A DNA stretch of 63,939 nucleotides, filler included, from Octopus bimaculoides (taxonomy: Eukaryota), in NCBI RefSeq assembly GCF_001194135.2. It is 5 parts of 5 records of this genome, joined end to end, with 100 filler letters (N's around TTAATTAATTAA, not from the genome) between each part and the next. Parts side by side here need not be neighbours in the genome. Positions count along the whole stretch, not along the records: positions 1 to 25,673 come from NC_068981.1; 4 more parts are not named here. One strand, written 5' to 3'. Below the pieces are notes generated by a model, which was not told the origin of the DNA, did no database searches, and saw only the letters and a program-made list of their open reading frames with translations. Position numbers and translations under genes: made by a program. Below, piece by piece: positions 10,776 through 23,618 of this stretch (its first letter is position 1; each line of letters begins with the position of its first letter).

Positions 10776-11317
10776 ATGCTAAAACAATAACCAAGATACT
10801 TCGTTTATTTGCATCATATCCCACTTTAAACGCTACAAGAATAATGATGTACTTACTGTAGACTGCACCTCGTTGAAAAAAGTTAAAAGCGAGGACAGAT
10901 AGCTGCCCTGTAAATGACAAAAAAAAAAAAAATGTATCGGAGGGGCGATGCATACCCTGCGCGCAGATAATATTCTTTGAAAATTACAGTGTGGCTTACA
11001 ATGTGTAGCTTAATGCTTACCCATGCTTTTTAATTGAACTGAATTAATTTTTTTTTTAAAGTATCACCATTATAGGTGAAATTAAGAAATCGACACGTAA
11101 ATAAGCGAAACCCTCGAATCCATCAGTGTTCATATACACACATACAAACACAGTCGCAGATGTATGTATGTACCCACATGTGTCTACACGCATAGGTACA
11201 CAATGATCTATACACACGCAGACGAGGGTCAGTTCATACGAAAAAGAAAGTGAACAAAATGAAATACTTATCGAAAATATTCTTGTTTACTCTAGGCAGT
11301 CTATCGCAGCGTTACTC

Positions 11318-11514
11318 AAGAAACAGGAAGAAAGAGTGAGAGAAAGTTGAGGCGAAGAGGGTACGACAGGGGTCACCACCACCCCCTGCCGGAGCCTCGT
11401 GGAGCTTAGGTGTTTTCGCTCAATAAACACTCACAACGCCCGGTCTGGGAATCGAAACCGCGATCCTCCGACCGCGACTCCGCTGCCCTAACCACTGGGC
11501 CATCGCGCCTCCAC
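11318..11514 (-). mobile_element. tRNA-derived SINE family E (OR/Ceph-SINE-like), 5' half
   Basis: Reverse complement begins GTGGAGGCGCGATGGCCCAGTGGTTAGGGCAGCG...GGTTTCGATTCCCAGACC, with A and B boxes. The family name is recalled, not verified. Confidence 0.75.
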
Positions 11515-12480
11515 AGCTCGCTGCATTACTTAAATAAAATATTGTATAGAATTGTGCTTTCAACGTCTTTCAATGATGGCAGATGAATCAAGCATACTGT
11601 AAGTTCGGAGTACGATATAAATAATATGACCACTTGCTTATCGAGAAATTTGTAAGTTCGATTAAAATTTTTTTTTTCAAGTATCACTGTTATAGGTATT
11701 TATACTCCGGTGAAATTAAGAAATCAACTCGTAAATACACGAAACCCTCGAATCCATCACTGTACAAACACACGCTCACGCCCACCCCCAGAGCCGCATA
11801 TCTATGAAGGTATTTATGTATGTTTGAAGATAATCAAACCAAATTTCCATCACGTCGAGCCACTCACCCAATGAGTATTTCTGCCAAATGCGGTGAAAAT
11901 CCGTTGAGCCGTTTTCCAGTAATTTTGCAAACACACAGACAAACAGACAAAGACGAGTGATTACAATACCCTGCTTTCTCTTACGCGTGAGGAGTAATAA
12001 TAACGGGCTTATTGTATGCAGTGCTCAGGCGCAACAAAATTCGTCGGAAAATGGCAAAAGAAGGGTCAGAAAGAAGGGCATAAGTCAGGTAAAAGAAGTC
12101 TACAATGAAAGAATTATATGCACTGTATACAGGAAAAAACACGCTGGCACGCACCGGTATTCTGTCGGTTACGATGACGAAGTTCCAGTCAATTCGATCG
12201 ACGGAAGAACCTGTTCGTGAAATTAACGTGCAAGTGGCTGAGGAACTCAACAGAAACGCGTAACTCTTAACGTGGTTCTCAGGGAGATTAAGCGTGCTAT
12301 AGATTGCGACACGGCTGGCCCCTTAAATAACAGGTACGACTCATTTTTGCTAACCAAGTGGATTAGAGTAACGGGAAATAAAGTGTCATGTCCAAGGATA
12401 CAATGCATCGACGGGTATCGAACTCAGGACTTTACGATAGTGAGCCGAATACCGTAAGTACGAAGCCAAGCGCCTTCATT

Positions 12481-12542
<62 letters not shown>

Positions 12543-13892
12543 GCGCTCGTACGCACACAGAGAAAGACAGACAAGAGAACACGAGAAGAAGCTCAAAAAG
12601 AAAAGGGCGACAAGCATGTCAAGAGCAGGGTTGGTGAATTTCAGAAAGCGTGGAATTTTTGAAGGAAGCTGTGTCCTGATAGTTGACAACTGATGTGGGT
12701 ATACATACAACGGGCCTCTTTCAGTTTCCGTTTACCAAATTCACGCACAAGGCTTTGGTCGGCCCGAAGCTATAGAAGAAGACCCTTGGTCAAGGTGCCA
12801 CGCAGTGGGACTGAACTCGGAATCATGTGGTTGTATATTATTAAGTTAATGTATAAATTACCTATAAATTTTTATAGCAGGCTATAAAAATTTTATACCT
12901 ATAAATTTTTATGGCAGGTATATTTTTATACCTGATAAAAATCATTAACGTGATTTTTATCTTTATATTCCATTACGAATTAATAAATAAAATATGATTA
13001 TATATTATTAAAAAAATGTATAAAAATATTGTTGAAGTATTTTGATTATTGTTAAAATATAACCGATTTATTGCACATAAATTTTACCAAAATCTTATTT
13101 GAGCCCTCAAGGGCCACATGGACTCCGGTTGAGAGCCACTGCACAAGATAAAGGGTGACATGATCGAAAGAGTGTGTCTGCGCATGACTACATGTGCACC
13201 GAAAACAATTACCAAATCATCGTTNNNNNNNNNNNNNNNNNNNNNNNAGATGTATCTGGAGGAAAAACAGACGGTAAAGTCACGGTTGGAATATTCTTGA
13301 TAATTAAGGGCCGATCGGGAACTAATCAAGAACGTCTATTTTTACATATGGAATCTATTAGAAACTTTACCCAGAGACAGGCTACGGACATTAATGACCA
13401 ACATAGCCAGTGGCTGGACAGTAAGTAGTGAAGCGCAAAACTCAACAGTGAACGTAACTAATTCATCTTCACCTTCCGACGAAAGTAAAAGCTTTTGATG
13501 TTGTTAAGTCAGACGATGATATTCCACTCTCTATCATATTGCCTGAAATCAGCGATTAAATCAGATTTAAACACTAACAAGGCAGATCAACAAGCTTGCT
13601 TTATGTCATTTTCTCAATTACGATTTATGATTTTATAGAAATCTAATGCAAAGGTAGAGATTCAGCTAATGAACGCATAATAATAGACTGGAAAACACTT
13701 TTAAGTCTTTCGTCATTTGCCCTCGAAACTTATTAAATATTTATCTGCTTGGATATTCTTAACACAATGTGTTACTCAAATTTGCATCACATGCAGTTCT
13801 TTGACAATCTGTATGTCAATCGCGAGTGCGTATTACGGTGATTACAAAAGCTACATCTTTAAGAAGAGAAAACGAAATATTACCGAAATAGG

Positions 13893-14058
13893 CGCAGGCG
13901 TGGCTGTGTAATAAGTTTGCTTCCCAACCACATGGTTCCGGGTTCAGTCCCACTGTGTGACACCTTAGGAAAAGGACTTCTACTATAGTATTGGGCTAAT
14001 CAGAACATTGCGAGTGGATGGGGTAGGCGGAAACTGAAGGAAGCCCATTGTGTGTGTA
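13893..14058 (+). mobile_element. tRNA-derived SINE family C, head part
   Basis: GGCGTGGCTGTGT...TTCCCAACCACATGGTTCCGGGTTCAGTCCCAC. Other heads at about 12703-12836(-) and 48888-49023(+). Confidence 0.75.
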
Positions 14059-15419
14059 TACTCTTTTTTTTTACTCTTTTTTACTTGTTTCAGTCATTTG
14101 ACTGCGGCCATACTGGAGNNNNNNNNNNNNNNNNNNNNNNNNNNNNNNNNNNNNNNNNNNNNNNNNNNNNNNNNNNNNNNNNNNNNNNNNNNNNNNNNNN
14201 NNNNNNNNNNNNNNNNNNCTGTAATTCAAAGGGTCAGCCTTGTCACGCTGTGTCATGCTGAATATCCCAGAGAACTACGTTAAGGCTACACGCGTCTGTG
14301 GAGTGCTCAACCACTTGCACGTTAATTTCACGAGCAGGCTGTTCCGTTGATCGGATCAAATGGAACCCTCGACGTCGTAAGCGACGGAGTGCTAACAACA
14401 ACTGAGTTAGTGAAGTGGAAGGTTGAAATGATATCTTGAAATGATGTCTGTCCTTTGTAAAACAATAAGAAGAGCAATTCTTTTTAACTTTTGGCACAGG
14501 ACAGCAATTTCGAGGGGACGAGGAGTCGATTGCATCGACCCCAGCCTTCAAAGTTTGCCTTGGTGGAATTTGAACTCAAAACGTAAAGAGCCTGAAGAAA
14601 TGTCTCTAAGCTTTTTGTCCGACGCGTTCACAACAATAGCAACAACAATATCAATAATAACAACAACAACAACAGATTTTTCACTGAAATATCTTCATGT
14701 TTGTTCATTAGTAGCTTGGAAGAGATCTAGATTTGGAATAGTAGCTTCAAAATGGTAATAATTGTCCCTCGCTCTGCAATCAACGTTTTCTCATATCTCA
14801 TTCGTGAAACGATTTTAATGACAAGCAAAACCCGTTTTACGATGAGTTCAGCCAAATTAGGAATTTGTACCATCGAATCAAATAGCGCATTATAAGTTAT
14901 TATTATATTATTTATCGTATTGGCACCATTTGCCAGATCGTTGATGCTTTTATCAACGTTTATTCTCCAGGAAGCGGAAATATTCACATTGAGCAATCAC
15001 ATCATTTAACCAAATGATTAATATCAGTTTAGAATTGACTAGATCTCTGCAACGGATCTTCAAATTACTAGGTATTATGATTTTAAGTCAGAATAATTTG
15101 TATTAATCAGTTTATTTCGACTTTCATTCAATGTAACCCATTTACTTTTTGTCGGTGTCAGCAAATATATTTCAGAATAATTAATAAATTGACACCTGTG
15201 ACACCAGTGTGTTTGGCAAGCCAAATAATTACAAAATAATTATAGCCATGGTTACTATTTTTATTGTTTGTTGCAAATTTAGAGAGAAAAAAAAAGAGAG
15301 AGTGTATTTAGAGTGTGCGTGGAAAAATGTATTTGGATATGGTTAAAATGTAATCAACGCAGGAAAAAATTTATTAAAATAAATACTGCAGACTGAAAGA
15401 AACTAGAGTTCTTATAATA

Positions 15420-16215
15420 ATCATTTCTACTGGAAGCACTAGGCCTCAGATTTGGTGGGAGGGGACCAGTCGATAACATCGACTCCAATACTCAACTGGT
15501 ACTTAATTTATCGACCCCGAGAAGATGGAAGGCAAAGTAGACCTCGGCGGAATTTGAACTCAGAACGTACGGACGGGCGAAATACTGCTAAGCATTTCAT
15601 TCGGCTTGCTAACGTTTCTTTTCTACTCTAGGCACAAGGCCTGAAATATTTTGGAGAAGAGGCTGGTCGATTAGATCGACTCTAATACGCAACTGGTACT
15701 TAATTTATCGACCCCGAAAGGATGAAAGGCAAAGTCGACCTCGGCGGAATTTGAACTCAGCATTTCTTCCGGTGTGCTAACGTTTCATTTCTACTCTAGG
15801 CACAAGCCCGAAATTGCCCTTGTGGGCAATAAAAATATAAGAAACGTTAGCTCGCCGAGCGAAATGCTTAGCGGTATTTCGCCTGTCTTTGCGTTGTGAG
15901 TTCAAACTCCGCCGAGGTCGACTTTACCTTTCATCTTTTCGGAGTCGATAAATTAAGTACCAGTTGCGTACTGGGTCGGTGTAATCTACTGGTGCCCTGC
16001 CCCAAAACTTCGGACCTTGTGCCTAGAGTAGAAAAAAATTGTTAGCACGCTGGGCAAAATGCTTAGCAACATTTCGTTCGTTCTTACGTTCCGAGTTCAA
16101 ATTCTGTCGAGGTCGACTTTGCTTTTTATCCATTCGGAGTCGATAAAATAAGTACCAGTTGCGTACTGGGGAAGACGTAATCGATTTACCCTTCCCTCGA
16201 AATTGCTGGATGAAA
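15420..16215. mobile_element. Cluster of tRNA-derived SINE family B copies (two plus a fragment on -, two on +)
   Basis: Shared core GTCGACTTTGCCTTTCATCCTTTCGGGGTCGATAAATTAAGTACCAG and tail TGTGCCTAGAGTAGAAA. Further copies at about 2880-3150, 3620-3840, 17640-18300, 25020-25673, 38490-38700 and 56380-57130. Confidence 0.85.
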
Positions 16216-16802
16216 CCGATATTACAGGCTTACTGAGTTTTGTGGTTGGTTTTGAACCTGCCACCACCTCGTAGTCCCCTAGTGCAGTAGAGGAAAAAGA
16301 GAAAATAGATGCTACTGTGATTTGAACGCAGAACAAGTGAGACGAAGTTAAAACCCAATAAGACATTAAGTACGGTGCACTTCCATTTAATCTCAGTGAA
16401 TAAATTAGAATCTTACACAAACCAAGATGATTGCAGATTGCTTATTGATTATTTGTTTTATCATATAATGAATCATCGGTATTGTCTAGAGCTATCGAAC
16501 ATTAACCTACAGCTGCCTGACACGATCCATTGAACTTTTGCTAAAAATGGTCCATTATCGAGTGCACAGTTGGTTGGTTTGTGTTGATTAAAAAGTAAAT
16601 AATGCAAATACTTGAACTTTCGAGGTGCTTCTATGAACTTACCGTGCTTTCTATGTTAATGTTAATGGTTTCAAGTATGGCGTATTTTGGTAATATCCTG
16701 AAGTTTTAGATTTAAAACATAAAAATTTGCTCACTAAAAAAAAAAAAAAAAAAATGTTAGTTTATTCCTTTGAGCATACAAAAAATATGTATTGGGGAGT
16801 AC

Positions 16803-17176
16803 TTGTTGGCACTCCGTCGCTTACGACGTCGAGGGTTCCAGTTGATCCGATCAACGGAATAGCCTGCTCGTGAAATTAACGTGCAAGTGGCTGAGCACTC
16901 CACTGACACGTGTACCCTTAACGTAGTTCTCGGGGATATTCAGCGTGACAAGGTTGACCCTTTAAATTACAGGCACAACAGAAACAGGAAGTAAGAGTGA
17001 GAGAAAATTGTGGTGAAAGAAATACAGCAGGGTTCGCCACCATCCCCTGCCGGAGCCTCGTGAAGATTTAGGTGTTTTCGCTCAATAAACAATCACAACA
17101 CCTGTTCTGGGAATCGAAACCACGATCCTATGACCACGAGTCCGCTGCCCTAACCACTGGGCCATTGCGCCTCCAC
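16803..17176 (-). mobile_element. tRNA-derived SINE family E, near full length
   Basis: tRNA-like head at 17176 and 3' part ...GGAACCCTCGACGTCGTAAGCGACGGAGTGCCAACAA. Other fragments at about 12150-12420(-), 14218-14402(+) and 47700-47850(+). Confidence 0.8.
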
Positions 17177-18749
17177 TGGGGAGTACTAAATAATAACTAT
17201 ACCTCCAAAGACGAGATGATCACGCTTAGAACGCTTTTAAAAAGACAGGCATCTTGAGAAAAAAGAGGAAACAAAAAAAAATAGCGTATCATCCAATCTT
17301 CAAAAAATCTAGTGTTATGAAATAACAGCTGAGGTCGTTTGAAATAGAAAATTTTGTTAAATGTAATAAAAAGAAAAAGGATTTAATTTCACCAAGATTA
17401 TCGTAATTCTAATCTTTAACACGTAATCGTAATCCTCAGGATTTTGTATATTTGTAATTTCTTGTTTTTTAATGATGCATATTTTTGTGAATGCAAAAAA
17501 AAAATCGACGATCAACTTATTTTCCAATATGAAAAACTTCTGTTTTGTAGTTTAAGTTTTGAGTTTTCTTCCAGCTGTAGGACTCCTAAGGTCGCTTAGC
17601 TACAATGGGGCGCCGATCCGTTGCAGAGCTTAAGACCAGCGATTTTGAGAGGAGGAAGCAAGTTAATTACCTCGACTCCAGTACGTAACTTCTACTTATT
17701 TTATCAACCCCGAAGAGATGAAAGGCAAAGTTGACATTGGCAGGATTTGAACTCCGAACGTAAAGAGCCAGAAGAAATGACGCAAAAGACTATGGCCGAC
17801 GTGCTAACGATTTTGCCAGCTTGCCGGCTTAAACTTCGAGTATCACATATTTCAATTTCAAATTTTGGCACAAGTTCAGCAATTTTGGGTGAGGGGTAAA
17901 TCAATTATATCGATCAGCGTTCAACTGATACATATTTTTTGTTGACCCCAAAAAGATGAAAGAGGCAAAGTCAACCTCGGCGGAATTTGAACTCGAAACG
18001 TAAAGACGGACGAAATGCCGCAAAACATTTTTCCCGGCGTGCAAACGATACTGCTAACTCAGTGCGTTGGAGCATCCCATATTTTATACAATCCTTTCTA
18101 CTATAGACACAAGGTCTGAAATTTTGGTGGGGAGAGGACTAGTTGATTACATCGATCTCAGTGTTTCACTGGTACTTAATTTATCGATCGGAAAGAACGA
18201 AAGGCAAAACCGGAATTTGAACTCAGAACATAGCGATAGGCGAAATACCATTAAGCATTTCGTCCAGTGTGCTAACGATTCTGCCAGCTCGCCGACTTCG
18301 ATATTTTATACAATAAAACTTGATAAACTAGAAATAAATTTTTACTGGAATTTAAAGAGGTTATTGTAGTATTTTTTGTGTTGTAAATCCAAAGAAATAT
18401 TTGTTTTTTTTTTTAACGCCTTTGTGCATAACTTGATTGAGAAATCTTGTAAAAGTGCTTAACAATAGAGATGCATTCAACTAACATTGCTGTAAATTTC
18501 CATTAACAGAAGCAAAATTAAAAATCTGTCAAATTTATTGACCTGCAAATCACAGAACTAATGGAAGCTGACAATTTTGAGAACGGCATCTCTGAGACTG
18601 AGTTAGAAGCTTAGTAAACATTTAAATATCTTGTTTGAACATCAATTTGAAATGTAAAAGCAGCCAAGTTGTTAATGGCATGATTGATAACTTTCCTTAA
18701 CTTGGATGCGGGATGAATAAAAAAGAAAACTTACTTTTATGCATTGGTT

Positions 18750-19146
18750 TCTTCTGTTTTATCTTTTACTAGTTTCATTCATTAGGCTGCGGTCATACTG
18801 GGGCACCAGCTTGAAGAAATTTTGGTCGTATGAATCGACCCCAGTATTTACTTTCCGTTTTTTAAGCCTGGTATTTATTACATCGGCTATAGTTTGCCGA
18901 ACCGCTAAGTTACAAGGACCTAAACACGCCAACACTGATTTACAAGCGGTGGTGGGGCACAAACCTAGACACACACACACACACACGTCGTTCTTCTTTC
19001 ACTCTCCGCTCACCAAACCCACTCACAAGGCTTTGGTCGGCTCGAGGCTATTGTAGAAGACACCTGCCCAAGATGCCACGCAGTGGGACTTAACCTGGAA
19101 GCATGAGGGCTGGAAGCAAACTTCTTACCACTGATCCACATCCGCC
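18750..19146 (-). mobile_element. SINE family C, full-length copy with internal (CA/TG)n
   Basis: Head at about 19146, internal dinucleotide tract at about 18967-18985, then the 3' part also seen alone at about 20930-21145, 61830-62055 and 63688-63910. Confidence 0.75.
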
Positions 19147-19149
19147 CCT

Positions 19150-19997
19150 TCTACTGTCAAGAAGAAATTTATCAAATACGGAGAAAAGTTATCTTTTTTT
19201 TTACCAATATATGATGCTAATGATAGGGAGATACGATACAAGAACAACCGTATTTATACATTATTTTGTATCACTGTTGGGGAACAATAGCGCTCCACTG
19301 GATATAGGTTTTCAACAAACCAATCACCGCATTTCTGAAGACGAGCGTAATAAAGAAGTATTTGTAACTCGATAAATATATAGCAAAGGTTTTAGTTCGC
19401 TTGAATCCTGCAATGGACCAGCGTCTCGTTCAGGGAAATGTGATCTGAGTCACTTATACGCAATGGAAACCGGGTAACCGGCCATATAAGTCCAAGCACT
19501 CGAGAAAAAGAAAGCAAATGGATTGACTAATTTTGTTCTACATTGTGTTAAATGGAATTTGTGTGAATGTTTTTTTTTCGTATTTAACTACATTAGCGTC
19601 TGTGGAGTTGGTTTAATCACTTCATATGTTTCCCAAGCGTCGTCATCCGAGCGATAAACTACAGATAAGAATCGTGGTCGAATCTTCATAATGTTGTGAG
19701 ATCTTTAAGTGCGGGCTGCAATTTGAGCCTGACAGCCATTGTATTCATGTGAAGCGCAATAATATCAAAAGTCATAACGATACAACAATGTTACACAAAG
19801 ATTCGACAGTTAACGGAATATGTGACACGTCAAGAATCGATCCCAATACAGACGACAAGAGAAGTAACAGGGAAGAAATCCCGATGGAAAATTCAGAAAA
19901 TGCATATGAAAATAACTTGAGTAATACATTTTCATCAAATATATATATAAATGTAAAAAGCTTTCAAATACCAAAAGCTGTTATTAAAACTTTCTAA
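19150..19997 (+). pseudogene. Probable decayed Crypton-type (DUF3504-like) tyrosine recombinase
   Basis: Across frameshifts, motifs appear in the expected order: RKVIFF, MMLMIGR, QTNHRISEDE, DKYIAK..LNP..DQR, KPGN, ANGLTNFVLHCVK, TTLAS, H..PKRRHPSD, then an open low-complexity tail ending NTFSSNIYINV. Alignment by eye only. Confidence 0.5.
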
Positions 19998-20884
19998 ATA
20001 TCGACCGCTCATTAATAAAAGGCCAATCTCACATTATCGGGATTTGAAATCAAATCAGTAACATTTGCTCCAAATGTCATTTGTTATATTAACTAGACAC
20101 CATTGTTCAGTTTGATAATATATTTATAATTTGATACAATGTTTCTTCAACTATTGAATCTATTGCTCTAACCGTCAGCTCATGTCATTAAATTTTCAGC
20201 TATGTCCTCACCTCAATACTGAGGATAGTACAAACCTTGTGAAGGTTATATATATATATGTATGTATGAATGTATATATATATATATATATATATATATN
20301 NNNNNNNNNNNNNNNNNNNNNNNNNNNNNNNNNNNNNNNNNNNNNNNNNNNNNNNNNNNNNNNNNNNNNNNNNNNNNNNNNNNNNNNNNNNNNNNNNNNN
20401 NNNNNNNNNNNNNNNNNNNNNNNNNNNNNNNNNNNNNNNNNNNNNNNNNNNNNNNNNNNNNNNNNNNNNNNNNNNNNNNNNNNNNNNNNNNNNNNNNNNN
20501 NNNNNNNNNNNNNNNNNNNNNNNNNNNNNNNNNNNNNNNNNNNNNNNNNNNNNNNNNNNNNNNNNNNNNNNNNNNNNNNNNNNNNNNNNNNNNNNNNNNN
20601 NNNNNNNNNNNNNNNNNNNNNNNNNNNNNNNNNNNNNNNNNNNNNNNNNNNNNNNNNNNNNNNNNNNNNNNNNNNNNNNNNNNNNNNNNNNNNNNNNNNN
20701 NNNNNNNNNNNNNNNNNNNNNNNNNNNNNNNNNNNNNNNNNNNNNNNNNNNNNNNNNNNNNNNNNNNNNNNNNNNNNNNNNNNNNNNNNNNNNNNNNNNN
20801 NNNNNNNNNNNNNNNNNNNNNNNNNNNNNNNNNNNNNNNNNNNNNNNNNNNNNNNNNNNNNNNNNNNNNNNNNNNNNNNNNNNN

Positions 20885-20937
<53 letters not shown>

Positions 20938-21389
20938 TTATGTGTGTGTGTGTTTGTATTTGTTCCTCCGCCATCGCTTGCTAACTGATGTTGGTGTGTT
21001 TACGTCCCCGTAAATCAGCGGTTCGGCAAAAGAGACCGACAGAATAAGTACTAGGCTTACAAAGAATAAGTCCTGGGATCGAATTGTTCGACTAAAGGCG
21101 GTGCTCCAGCATGGTCACAGTCATATGACTGAAACAAGTAAAAGAATATATCTTCTCTTCTCTTTTACTTGTGTAACAAAGAAATGAACAAGAACGAAGA
21201 ACAACGCACCTTTATTTCAGGATTACATTACACAATGTTTTTATTACGTATGCTTTCTTTTTAGCAATAATAAAAGGTACAATATACAAATCGATCCACA
21301 ATGGATCGATTGTAAAGTCAAATATATCCCAAACCTATGCATACATGTTTCTAAGGCAACCCACACCGGCGTGAATCTAACGAGAACTA

Positions 21390-21952
21390 CAGGGTGTTCA
21401 AAAAGTCTCTCCGCAGTGTAAGTTTTTTTATGGATAGCTATTTCGGGAAAGCGCATTGTGGGACCAATATTTTTTTAAAGACACCATCAACACCGAGAGA
21501 TATTACCCAAATGTTGTCCCTCCATTTGTAAGACAAACTCACCGAAAGTGAAATTAATAATGCATACTTTCAGCAAGATGGAGCTATAGCACATACTTCG
21601 CTCATCACCAACAGGTTGTTTCGAAGGGACTTTGGCCACCAAGATCGCCTGATTTAACACTACCAGACTTTTTTTGTCTCTGGAGCAAGTAAAAGATCAT
21701 TAATGAGCTAAAAGACCCAATCATAACCTTCACACGGTCCATACCGCGTCAGACTCTCCAAGATGTATTTCAAAACATTTCTAGAAGAGTCAACTTATGT
21801 ATTGAAAATGAAGGACGACACTTTCAACACCTCTTATAAAGTTTTGTAAAGTCTTGTAAAGTCTAATATATTATTTTGTAGTCTTATACCATCTTATAAA
21901 TATTTATTTTGGAATAAATTACTTACTGTGGAGAGACGTTTTGAACACCCTG
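21390..21952 (+). mobile_element. Tc1/mariner deletion derivative with both TIRs and transposase C-terminal remnants
   Basis: TA-flanked TIRs CAGGGTGTTCAAAA(A/C)GTCTCTCC(G/A)CAGT. Remnants include AISGKRIVGPIFF, YFQQDGAIAHTS, LWPPRSPDLT and RRVNLCIENEGRHFQHLL*. Confidence 0.9.
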
Positions 21953-22677
21953 TATAATGTACTATTTATTATGTCTTAAAAATGCTGGCCCTCGTATGAT
22001 ATAATTCCGAATTAAAGATGTTATTCTTCCTTCTTGTTAATGTTTATATAGTATATTCTGGAATTGTGTTTTAGATATTCTTCAAAATGAACTTTGGATT
22101 TACTTATCGCACTGGGATTATTGCCGCGAATGTAATCTGTTTAGATTAAATGGTCTCTGTTCGGCGTAGTTAGTCAAATTTGCACTGCTACTGAGTGCTG
22201 CTTACAAGATACCTGCCTGGATTAATAAATCCTTGTTACTTGGTATTAAGTGTGTGCATGTGTGCGTGTGCGTGTGTATATATACACATATATATGTATA
22301 TTTTGATTTGTGTTTATTAGTCGAAAGACACCTGTTGTTATTTTCTTGTTTGCATTTGTAATTGTGTAACATGTTCTCCGTTTTTGTCTTTGTTGTACAC
22401 ATTCGCTTGCTTTCTCCCCCAAAATTTAATGCTCTTAGTTTGGATTTTTGAGGGCAGCCAGATTTGAAATGTCTCAAGTGTAACTACCCGAAACTGTAAG
22501 GACAATTTGGTAACTTGACTGACGAGAGGAACTTGCGAATGAGCCGTCCTTGTTTTTTTTCCTGTCCATCTTTTTAATGTTTTTCCTGTTCGTCTTCGCA
22601 TCGTCTATCTGTCCGGATGTTTTACTGTCGTCCGTTGCGTTGTTGTTCCATTTTTTGGATTTACACGCGCACGCACA

Positions 22678-22738
<61 letters not shown>

Positions 22739-23089
22739 ATATGTATGTGTATTATATATATAGATGTATGTATGTATGTATGTATGTATGTATATAAGTA
22801 TGTATGTCATTCAGTTTTATTTCAAAATTTCTTGCCAATAGGTTTCTAACCTAGATCCAAGGCTCCTTCATTAGAATTTCAACATCAACAACACGGTATG
22901 TATGTATGTATGTATGTATGTATGTATGTATGTATGTATGTATGTATGCATGTATGCATACATGTATGTATGCATACATGCATGCATGTATGTATGTATG
23001 TATGTATGTATACGTGTAGGTTTGTATGTTTTGTTTTATGTATGTATTCTCATGCATCTAGTTGCGTATCTAGACATGCTCATATATAT

Positions 23090-23400
23090 TTAAATGATAA
23101 ACATCTGGAAAGTTTTACAGATTTTTACAGTTCCAGTGATTGATTGGATCTGTAGTCTTCGAATTAGCTTTCTCCTTTCTGGCTTTGAGATGCTTAATTT
23201 CTCAAGATTGATATTTAGATAGTGTGTTACATATCTCAAGACCCTAATAATTACAGGTATAAACCTGAACTTGTAATCTGAATAGAGTAGCTGTAGATTC
23301 CTCAATAGTTCAGGGTAGGTATTTTCTTTTTTGCTGATCTTTAGCTATATGTAAACATTAACTGGGTAGCTGATTTCCACAGCTGTACACAGGTTTTCTT
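23090..23400 (-). mobile_element. 3' end of an RLE-type LINE
   Basis: VEISYP...KENTYPELLRNLQLLYSDYKFRFIPVII...RRLQIQSITGTVKICKTF, typical of the C-terminus after the restriction-like endonuclease. Confidence 0.7.
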
Positions 23401-23572
23401 CTCCATCCCAAAGTACTATGTCAGGTCTATCCATCTATATATATATATATATATATATNNNNNNNNNNNNNNNNNNNNNNNNNNNNNNNNNNNNNNNNNN
23501 NNNNNNNNNNNNNNNNNNNNNNNNNNNNNNNNNNNNNNNNNNNNNNNNNNNNNNNNNNNNNNNNNNATATAC

Positions 23573-23618
<46 letters not shown>

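Noticed and set aside
13375-13420. Candidate small exon (tttacccag|...ACA|gtaagt)
   Set aside because: No recognisable peptide and no partner exons. Such sites occur by chance.
14727-14996. Minus-strand ORF with a faint ALFDS RT-like word
   Set aside because: A single weak motif with no other RT motifs in order.
19150-19620. Reading as a Cys-loop receptor (GEKLSF, M4-like helix) or SLC5 transporter remnant
   Set aside because: Only two or three loose hydrophobic matches. The Crypton reading explains more motifs in order.
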